This document shows positions 23,898 to 31,900 of a stretch of DNA of 64,000 nucleotides, one piece after another. The stretch's first letter is position 1. Every line of letters starts with the position of its first letter. A program made the translations under genes and the position numbers. The stretch is from assembly GCA_964234715.1 (NCBI GenBank), contig OZ174277.1; one strand, written 5' to 3'. The stretch is from Podarcis melisellensis. Lineage: Eukaryota. The notes below the pieces were generated by a model, which saw nothing but the letters and a program-made list of their open reading frames with translations, did no database searches and was not told the origin of the DNA.

Positions 23898-26800
23898 TCC
23901 ACCTCCCCTCCAGGGCCCCCTTCACCCCCTCCCGTCTCCTCTCCTACTGGCGGTGAGGAGGTAAAACCCCTGAAAGAACCTCCCTCATCTTCCGACGTCG
24001 CGAACACTTCCCTCCACTTGTTGCTGTTCCTACTCTCTAGGTACTCTTCGTCATCGGAGTCCACTCCCTCTTCCAACTCCGACTCCGCGAACCCTTCCAT
24101 TTCCTCTTCCTCATCGGTGGTGCCGAAATACTCCCTCCTAAACCTTGCTATCGGCTGAGGTTTCCTCGGGAACCTTTGGTGGAACGTTTCTGTTAAAACC
24201 TCGTCATTGACTTCCTCTGCACTTACCCAGGTGTTTTCTGACTCCGGTTCCCCTTCCCACGCCACTAAATACTCCACCTGATTTCCCTTCCACCTGGAAT
24301 CGAGGATTTCCGCTACATGATTGCGGCGTTCCCTCTCTTCCAAGGCTGGTCCCCTGACGTACTCCCCTTCACGTCCCCCCCTGTATGGTGACAGTAACGA
24401 CCTGTGGAACACTGGGTGCAATTTCATGTGGTTGGGTAATCGGAGTTTGAAAGCTACCGGGTTGACCTGCTGAATGACCTCAAAGGGTCCCAATCTTCTG
24501 GGCCTCAATTTCTTACAACCCCCTTTGAACGGCAACCCTTGGGTTGACAACCACACTTGATCCCCCACCCTTATGGTTTCACCTTCCCTTCTGTTCTTGT
24601 CTGCCTGCTTCTTATATTGTGCCTTAGCCCTTTCTAAGTTGAGCTGGAGCTGATGATGGATCGCTTCCATCTCTTCTACAAAATGTTCAGCCGCTGGGAC
24701 GCTCCATCTCTCCCCTCCTTCCCCTGGAAATGCCCTGGGGTGACACCCGTAATTAGCCAAAAAGGGACTCATCCCTGTGGACACATTCTCCGCATTATTG
24801 TAGGCAAATTCTGCCAACGCCAACTTTTCGACCCAATCGTTCTCTCTGTCATTGACATAACACCTCAGATATTGTTGAAGAATGCCATTTGCTCTTTCCG
24901 CCTGCCCGTTGGTTTCAGGGTGCCGGGCAGTTGAAAAATTGACTTCCACGTGCAGCAAGCTCATGAGCTTCCTCCAGAACCTGGAAGTAAATTGTTTGCC
25001 GCGATCTGAGATCACCCTCAAGGGAGCCCCGTGCAACCTAAAGATGTGTCCTACAAACAACTTCGCTGTTTCTTCCGCTGTGACTGCATGTGAGCATGCT
25101 ACAAAGTGGCACATCTTAGTTAACAGGTCTACTACTACCATGATGGCTGTTTTCCCCTTGGACTTTGGCAGATCCGTCATAAAATCTATTGATATCGCTT
25201 CCCAAGGCCGTTCTGGTGTGGGTAATGGTTCTAATAACCCTGCCGGCGCCCTTCTTTCCCCTTTGGCTCGCTGACATTGGTCACACCCTCTTACATACTC
25301 TCTTACATCTTCCCTCACCTTAGGCCACCAAAATTCCCTGGTAACCAACCACATGGTCTTGTGTTGTCCAAAATGTCCCGCCGTGGGGCTATCATGCAAC
25401 TGCTTGAGTACTCTCCCCCTCAATTCACCTTCGGGTATATACAGTGCCCCTTTGTAATACAATGCCCCATTTCTTTCCTCAAAACCTCCGGGACTCTCGC
25501 CCTCCCCCCTGAGACCTCTGAGCTTATCCTGGGCATATTCATCATTTTCCGTTTCCTCTACCAGTTCTCGTTGCCCCACCAACGCCGCCCCACACACCCA
25601 CCGGTCCTCAGGGATGACATGTCTCTCTTCGATCACCCCCTCCCCTTCCCAATACTCTGGTTTGCGTGAGAGCGCGTCCGCCCTGACGTTTTCTGGGCCT
25701 GGCACATAACAAATTTCAAAGTTGAATTTGGAGAATTCCTGTGCCCATCTCACTTGTCGTTGGTTGAGCACTCGAGCTGTTCTCCAATACTCTAAATTCT
25801 TGTGGTCGGTGCACACTTGCACCTTGTGTTGTGCCCCAATTAATAAATGTCTCCACCTCCGGAATGCTTCGTGAATGGCAAGTAGTTCCCTGTCATACAC
25901 CGTGTAATTCCTCTCGGATTTATTCAGCTTCCGCGAGAAGAAGGCACACGGTCTCCACTCCGACGCACTCCTCCCCGGTTGAAGAAGGACCGCCCCTACC
26001 GCCCGGTCGGATGCATCGGTTTCCACTCTCATGGGTTTTCGTAAATCCACATGCAGAAGTTGTTCTTCCGAGGCGAAAGCCCTTTTCAGTTCTTCAAAGG
26101 CTCGATCCGCCTCTACCGTCCAAACAAATTTCTTCTTGCTGCTGAGGCAGTCGGTGATGGGCGCCGTCAAGTGGGCAAAGTTCTTGATGAACTTCCTATA
26201 AAAGTTCCCAAACCCCAAGAATCTTTGCACGTCCTTCTTGGTCTTCGGTGTCTTCCATTCCAGTACCGCTTGGACCTTGCCTGGATCCATGGCCAATCCC
26301 TTGTCTGACAAGCGGTACCCCAGGAATTCCACCTCCTTGGTGTGGAACTGGCACTTCTCCAGTTTCACCCACAGCTGGTTGGCTTGCAGCCTGCCCAACA
26401 CTTCTCGAACGTCCCTCACATGCTGTTCCTCATCTTCCGAATACACCAACACGTCGTCTAAAAAGGCCACACAATTCTTGTAGAGCAAAGGTCCCAGAAC
26501 GTGGTTTATAAAAGCTTGAAAACACGCGGAGCCCCCTTGTAGACCGAAGGGCATAACGAGGTATTCAAAGGCTCCCAAAGGGGTAAACATGGTGGTCTTC
26601 CATTCATCTCCCTTCCTTATGCGTATCAGATTGTACGCCCCCCGCAGGTCCAGCTTTGTAAAGATCTTTCCCTTCCTTACTCTGGTCAAAATGTCATCAA
26701 TTCGGGGCATAGGGAAAGCCAGGGGCTCCGACACTGCATTGAGGGCCCTAAAGTCACACACCAGTCTCGGTTTGTCTGTGTTCTTTTTGTCCACAAAAAA

Positions 26801-27685
26801 CACTGGGCTGCCCCCCACCGCTCGGGACTCTCTGATGAAACCTCGCTTCAGGTTTTTGTCAATGAACTCCCTCAGCTCCTGCATCTCCCTGTCTGACATG
26901 GCGTACAGCTTGCCTACTGGGAGTTGGGCCCCAGGGATTAGGTTGATTTGACAGTCAAAGGGTCTATGCGGTGGCAGTTTGTCTGCTTCCCTTTCGCTGA
27001 ATACGTTGCTCAGATCTGCGTATTGCGGGGGCACCTTCCCTTTGTCCATTACTTCCATCCCGGCTAGGGTGACTCTGTCTCCTCCCGAAACCTTCCCCTC
27101 CTTGCAGTGTTCTAGGCAATGCGCTGACCCAAAGGAGACCACCCTCTGATGCCAGCCCACTAGCGGATCGTGTAGCGCCAGCCAGCTCATCCCCAAAATG
27201 ATGGGCGCTCCTCCCAGGGTGGCCACATTAAACGCTATCTGTTCGGTGTGCCTTGCCACCCTCATTATCATCGGGACAGTCTGTTGGCTAACTTCTCCCC
27301 CCAACAGCTCTCTGCCGTCAATCGTAGTCACCTGCAAGGGGTTACTTAAAGGGATGGTCTGTATCTGATGCTCAGCTGCAAACTCCTTACTCATGAAATT
27401 ACAGGAGCTGCCTGAATCCAAAAGCGCCTTGATCTTTAGTGGGTGTCCGTTTGGCAGTTCTAGTAACACCTCTATCACTAAAGCGGGTCTGGGAGGTTCC
27501 GGTGTGGGCACTTTCACTGCTCTTTGGCCTGGCTGCTGTGCCCCGACGGTGGCAGCCAGGCGTTGGCTTTTACTTGCTCCTTGCCTTCCTCTTCCTTTCC
27601 CCCAACAGCTCCTGCCATCCCTTGCCATTCCTTTCTTTGTGGGCAGACTCTGGCAAAGTGCCCTGGCTGTTGGCAGAGATAACAT
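23594..27685 (-). CDS. pol: Pol (protease, RT, RNase H, integrase, chromodomain, acidic/basic C-terminal extension), in the -1 frame relative to gag
   Basis: LLDSGS protease; MPFGL and FLDD RT; TDASD/DRELLAI/TDH RNase H; HHCC, D-D-E and GPF integrase; EILDSR..YLVAWEG..NTW chromodomain. No stops. The start is probably reached by frameshift, not initiation. Confidence 0.96.
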   Translation of the reverse strand: MLSLPTARALCQSLPTKKGMARDGRSCWGKGRGRQGASKSQRLAATVGAQQPGQRAVKVPTPEPPRPALVIEVLLELPNGHPLKIKALLDSGSSCNFMSKEFAAEHQIQTIPLSNPLQVTTIDGRELLGGEVSQQTVPMIMRVARHTEQIAFNVATLGGAPIILGMSWLALHDPLVGWHQRVVSFGSAHCLEHCKEGKVSGGDRVTLAGMEVMDKGKVPPQYADLSNVFSEREADKLPPHRPFDCQINLIPGAQLPVGKLYAMSDREMQELREFIDKNLKRGFIRESRAVGGSPVFFVDKKNTDKPRLVCDFRALNAVSEPLAFPMPRIDDILTRVRKGKIFTKLDLRGAYNLIRIRKGDEWKTTMFTPLGAFEYLVMPFGLQGGSACFQAFINHVLGPLLYKNCVAFLDDVLVYSEDEEQHVRDVREVLGRLQANQLWVKLEKCQFHTKEVEFLGYRLSDKGLAMDPGKVQAVLEWKTPKTKKDVQRFLGFGNFYRKFIKNFAHLTAPITDCLSSKKKFVWTVEADRAFEELKRAFASEEQLLHVDLRKPMRVETDASDRAVGAVLLQPGRSASEWRPCAFFSRKLNKSERNYTVYDRELLAIHEAFRRWRHLLIGAQHKVQVCTDHKNLEYWRTARVLNQRQVRWAQEFSKFNFEICYVPGPENVRADALSRKPEYWEGEGVIEERHVIPEDRWVCGAALVGQRELVEETENDEYAQDKLRGLRGEGESPGGFEERNGALYYKGALYIPEGELRGRVLKQLHDSPTAGHFGQHKTMWLVTREFWWPKVREDVREYVRGCDQCQRAKGERRAPAGLLEPLPTPERPWEAISIDFMTDLPKSKGKTAIMVVVDLLTKMCHFVACSHAVTAEETAKLFVGHIFRLHGAPLRVISDRGKQFTSRFWRKLMSLLHVEVNFSTARHPETNGQAERANGILQQYLRCYVNDRENDWVEKLALAEFAYNNAENVSTGMSPFLANYGCHPRAFPGEGGERWSVPAAEHFVEEMEAIHHQLQLNLERAKAQYKKQADKNRREGETIRVGDQVWLSTQGLPFKGGCKKLRPRRLGPFEVIQQVNPVAFKLRLPNHMKLHPVFHRSLLSPYRGGREGEYVRGPALEERERRNHVAEILDSRWKGNQVEYLVAWEGEPESENTWVSAEEVNDEVLTETFHQRFPRKPQPIARFRREYFGTTDEEEEMEGFAESELEEGVDSDDEEYLESRNSNKWREVFATSEDEGGSFRGFTSSPPVGEETGGGEGGPGGEVDVRELPSQAPEAQRLTEVERGVAAEEGTSRGRARTPRESESEGWLRDASSENSGEVSGPPIGTPTPRRKLSRREARRRVSVKELLCWKRFRKQPLSDSTSD
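23898..23911 (-). other. Polypurine tract
   Basis: GGAGGGGAGGTGGA immediately before the TG of the 3' LTR. Confidence 0.85.
27506..27574 (-). other. -1 ribosomal frameshift signal (A_GUA_AAA + H-type pseudoknot)
   Basis: Stem 1 GCCTGGCTGC/GCAGCCAGGC (27561-27552 / 27536-27527); loop GGGCAC pairs with downstream GTGCCC (27511-27506); 6-nt spacer after AGTAAAA; lies in the gag/pol overlap. Confidence 0.65.
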
Positions 27686-28533
27686 CTCTTGGCGCTCTTT
27701 CCCTCCTTCTTCCGCCCTTCACTGGGATTTGAAACTGCGCGCGCCCGCGCTGTTCCAACTTCCATCGGCTCTGCCGGCGGGAAAGGTGGCTCTGGAATGT
27801 CTGGAATGCGGAACTCCCTCCAACGGTCTCCTTTCCCTTCCCGCTTTTCCAAAGCCCTCGCCTCCTGGCGCGCTCCTATGGACAGCGCAGATTTGGTTAA
27901 CTGGTCCATAGACTCCGCCCTGGGCCCCCGGGAAAGCTCATCTTTGACGGTTGAAGAAAGCCCCTCTTCGAAAAGCATTTGGATGGGCTCCGCCGATAGG
28001 TCCCACCCCAATTTATGAATCAGCATAGTAAATTCAGTCCAGTACTCACGGACAGATCTGCTTCCTTGCTGGCAAGCCATTAACTGCCTTCGCACCACCC
28101 CCTGCTCAATATCGCTGGAAAACATCAGGTCCATGGCACGAAAAAACTTCCTCGTGTCCTTTAGGATCTCATTATTCGCTGCCATCAGGGGTCTAACCCA
28201 ATCTTTCGCCCCGGATTCGAGATGGCCAATCACAAAAGCCACTCGCGATTCCTCGTCGGGGAAGTCATCAAACTGCAAGTTTAGAGCGTATTGCATCTCT
28301 GTCCTAAAGGCATGATAATTCCTGGGATCCCCCCCGAATTTCTGCACCAATCCTGGCACCTTTCTGGCGAGCGGGGTGGTTTTCTCCTTTCCCTTTTCTG
28401 CATCCTGAGCCCTCCTCTCCTCAAGCCTCGCCGTTTGCAGCGCCAACTGGATCTCCAACGCCCTGTACCTTTCTTCCAGGCTTGGACCCCCTCCAGCTGC
28501 TCCTGCTCCTCCGGTTCCGGCTGGGTTGCTCAT
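27514..28533 (-). CDS. gag: Gag, 339 aa (retrotransposon capsid + CCHC zinc knuckle)
   Basis: First ATG after the PBS (MSNPAG); the ORF-track start at 28617 is a TTG inside the LTR. Contains a Ty3/PEG10-like capsid region, the EPMEVG motif and CYLCQQPGHFARVC. Confidence 0.93.
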   Translation of the reverse strand: MSNPAGTGGAGAAGGGPSLEERYRALEIQLALQTARLEERRAQDAEKGKEKTTPLARKVPGLVQKFGGDPRNYHAFRTEMQYALNLQFDDFPDEESRVAFVIGHLESGAKDWVRPLMAANNEILKDTRKFFRAMDLMFSSDIEQGVVRRQLMACQQGSRSVREYWTEFTMLIHKLGWDLSAEPIQMLFEEGLSSTVKDELSRGPRAESMDQLTKSALSIGARQEARALEKREGKGDRWREFRIPDIPEPPFPPAEPMEVGTARARAVSNPSEGRKKEGKSAKRCYLCQQPGHFARVCPQRKEWQGMAGAVGGKEEEGKEQVKANAWLPPSGHSSQAKEQ

Positions 28534-28566
28534 GATGCTTCTCCCTGCACAAGCTGGCTTTCGGTG

Positions 28567-28577
28567 ACTTTCGGATT
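28567..28577 (-). other. Self-priming primer-binding site (non-tRNA)
   Basis: AATCCGAAAGT, 2 nt after the 5' LTR, with no TGG. Exactly complementary to ACTTTCGGATT inside the LTR (28708-28698). Confidence 0.8.
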
Positions 28578-28579
28578 GC

Positions 28580-28987
28580 TGTGATGGGACGATGAGCTGC
28601 TTGTGCGTAAAATGCAAGTCCCTCAGAGTTTGATCAGGTTTTCAAACCTCTGCCTGTGACGGAGCCCCTCCAGCATGGCTGCGTCAATCACTAGTAGAAT
28701 CCGAAAGTGGCTGCTTTCGGAATCTTTTCCAACATAAAAGCTCCTTAACGGAAACACGTCGTCTGGCCTCTCGGCGTGACAGTTTCCGTCGAGGTGTGGG
28801 TGTCCCTATAGGAGGTCCTGAGACCTCCCCACTGTTTTCGCTGGAAGCGTCTCTGAGCCATCCCTCCGACTCACTTTCCCTTGGAGTTCTTGCTCGCCCT
28901 CTACTGGTTCCCTCTTCCGCTGCTACTCCTCTCTCAACCTCAGTGAGCCTTTGCGCCTCCGGCGCTTGAGATGGCAGTTCCCTGACA
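28580..28987 (-). repeat. 5' LTR (408 bp)
   Basis: Direct repeat of 23490-23897, differing only at 28725 (T) vs 23635 (G). Confidence 0.97.
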
Positions 28988-31900
28988 CTATTTATCTACT
29001 CGCACTTTTGATGTGCTTTCAAACTGCTAGGTTGGCAGGAGCTGGGACCGAGCAACAGGAGCTCACCCCATCACGGGGATTTGAACCGCCAACCTTCTGA
29101 TCGGCAAGCCCTAGGCTCTGTGGTTTAACCCACAGTGCCACTCAGGTTCAGGGCTGACTGCTTTGATCAACCAGATGCATATGGGAAGCACACAGGTATG
29201 ACATGAGTGTATGAGCCCTCTCCTCACTTATGAACTCCAGTAATTAGTAGAGTTTGGAGACAACCAATAGTCATCCTGCCTAGTACTCACGGATAGCCTC
29301 CAGGTGTTTTTCTAATTGCCCCTTTAAAACTATTCAAGTTGGTGGACATGTCCACATCTTGTGGTAGCAAATTCCATTGACTAACTATGCGTTGTGTAAA
29401 AAACAGTACTTTCTTTAGTGTGTCCTGAGTCTGGGATTGAACTTTGGAGCCCGATCCAGAGAAGAACTCTAAACAGGCTCTGGGATTTTATAGCATTCTA
29501 CTAACAGTTTAATCACTGCAAGGAAAAGATTTCATTAATTGGGAGAGGGAGTTTATCAGAAACGTTAGTTGTTCATTCTGCTCACGTAGAAGTCAAATTC
29601 TTATTGATTTCCATGAATCCTAAATTAGGCCACCGTAGCAGCTCGGCTCTGCAGCTTTCTGTTAATACCTCCAGACAGATATGGTAGAATTGCTTGCTTT
29701 CACAAAGTGCTGCATTGTCAAATGTTTGTATTCCACCCCCCCCCCCCAAAGGGAAAGCTATTGTACTGTTAAATATTTGTTGTATTTCCAGTAGTGGGTT
29801 TAAGAAATGGCATAGAAGCAGAACTGTGCCCGTTTATATTCAGAAATCATCTACACTATACTGCCCAAAGGCTAAATTCATACAAAAATATGATTCTACC
29901 CTCCAAAATTCAAACCTGGTTCTTAACTATACAAAATACATGGGTGCTCTTACAGGTGTGAAGAGTGAGTTTGCTTGTGTAGAACTAGGCACCTGCCTCT
30001 TTACAAACTTGGAATGGACAGTCTGATCCTTCCCTGCTTTGCCACCTATCAAATGTTTAAATCGATGATTCTAAGGTACAAAGCAACATTTTACGTGAAG
30101 CCCTTGCATGTTTCTCACAAAGCACATGCTCAACAGTTCTCCGCCATCTTCTTTTCACACAAGGGAGTTCTGATGCCAACTGCAGTACTGGGGACATAGG
30201 AGACTGCCTTATATTGAGTCAGAGCCCTTTATCAGTCTAGCTCAGTATTCTACATGGACTGGTGGCAACTCTCCAGGGTTTCGGGCAGGGAACATTCTCA
30301 ACCTTACTTGGAAATGCTGGGAATTGTACCTGGGACCTTCTGTATGCAAAGGGAGGCTTTAACCCTTTCAATCCCATGTTGTTATCTCCCCCACATTTTT
30401 GCTATCCCCACCCCTTCCCCAAGTGCTATTTCCTGCAAATAAACAGGTCCCTGCTCTGCCTTTGTTACAGAATGAAGGTATCAGGACCAAGGGGTTGTGC
30501 CAAAGGAAGGAAACATTTACATCAAAGAAGAGAGAGGGGAGGAGAGATGTAGACAAGGTGGGTTCCAGCAGGACCATTTTCCCCAAAGAGGAAGTACCAA
30601 GACAGTGATAGAAGGGTATCTAATGAAAGGGGTTTTCCAGGGGAACAAAAGAGGTGGAGATGGCCAGACTACTTTCTCAAAAGAGAGGCACTGAATGGTT
30701 GTATTTGGTGCTAGATGTAAGCCTGCAGATGAAAGCAGAGCTCTTGGTATTGCTAGTGATTGAGTAGCAGGGTGTTGCCCTGATTGCATTAGAACTTGAG
30801 GGAGATTGGCTTTTGAGAGTTCCAGACTTTCCCAGCTCAGGGCAATTAGGGTGGCAACTTCCACTTTTTGGGCCAATCAAGGTTGGCAGTCAGCCTTAGC
30901 TGTCAATCATTATTGTCCTGGTTAGAACCCATTGCCAGCTTAGCAACTATTAGAAAAAGATGGCGCTAGGGACGACAAAGTAGACATGATTTGGCAACAG
31001 AGCTTCTGATGTGAACTTGAAAGTTTCTGAAACTAAAATAGCTGTGTCAACATGGTCTATCATGCTTTTATAACACTTTGAAGGTAATGGTCAACACAGC
31101 TTATATTAGACTGACTTGTTTTATGTTGGTTTTATGCTGTAACAATGAAAGGAAGCTTTCTCTTGAAAAAAAAATGAAGGAAATAAATAAGAAAATATTT
31201 GAGATATATACCCAGAAGAGGTCCCTGCAGAGTGATGTCTCCACAAAGGCTTGAATGGACAAGTTTCCAGCCTGAGCATTTCACCATCCTGTACCTAAAA
31301 ATGTCACTGCTTTGAAGTCCTGCCCTGGAGAGTCCTGCAGAGACTGAAGAAGGAACTGTGCAAAAGGAAAATTCTCAGTGCTCTTTTTAGACACATAGTG
31401 AAGCTTCCAGCCTTGCAAGGCTGTGTGGAATCAAAATTTTTAGGTCTGACATTTTAAACAAAATGTATATAGAAAGAACTTTTACAGTGACAGTGTATTT
31501 AGGTCGTTCAAAACATTTTTATCGTTTTCTCTTGAGATCTATCTCACGGGGTTCTTGGATGCCCAGAGAACATAAAGTATGAGCTTGCAGAAATCCCCAA
31601 AGGTTGGGACAGTTCAAATGCCTAGTGTAGTCCCACTGTGATTAATAGGGGGACATGAGTGCAAGCGAACATGAACTGCCTTGAGGCCCCTTTGGGCCCA
31701 AAGGCAGGGATAAAAATAAATTAAAAGTGACCTGAGAGCCAAGTCCTGAATCACTGCACCAGCAAATAAGTTAGGGCACAGGGTGAGTTGTTCCACTTGT
31801 AAGACTTCTGACACAAGACCTGGTGTTACATTGGCTTTACAGGGTCATTATGCTGTTATTTCAGACATGCATGTCGACCCCACCAAACTCATTGGTATAC

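Larger units (their letters stand above)
23490..28987 (-). mobile_element. Full-length Ty3/Gypsy chromovirus (Tf1/sushi-like) LTR retrotransposon, 5498 bp
   Basis: Two 408-bp TG...CA LTRs with one mismatch; 5-bp TSD CTATT (23485-23489, 28988-28992); intact gag and pol with PR-RT-RH-IN-chromodomain order; PPT adjacent to the 3' LTR. Confidence 0.98.
23292..29143 (-). mobile_element. Sauria SINE split by the Gypsy insertion (23292-23489 + 28988-29143)
   Basis: (ACCTTT)n tail read as aggtaaaggtaaagg. The body rejoins as gtacctatt|tatctact, the reverse complement of the intact copy at 13066-13431. Confidence 0.9.

Noticed and set aside
26450-26475. RT motif FLDD rather than YxDD as a sign of inactivation
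   Set aside because: FxDD is common in active Ty3/Gypsy RTs; both catalytic aspartates are present.
24653-28584. Many plus-strand ORFs of 60-172 aa within the Gypsy element
   Set aside because: Antisense shadows of the GC-rich gag/pol frames; no recognisable domains.
28580-28700. Hammerhead ribozyme in the structured R/U5 region
   Set aside because: No correctly placed CUGANGA/GAAA core on either strand.
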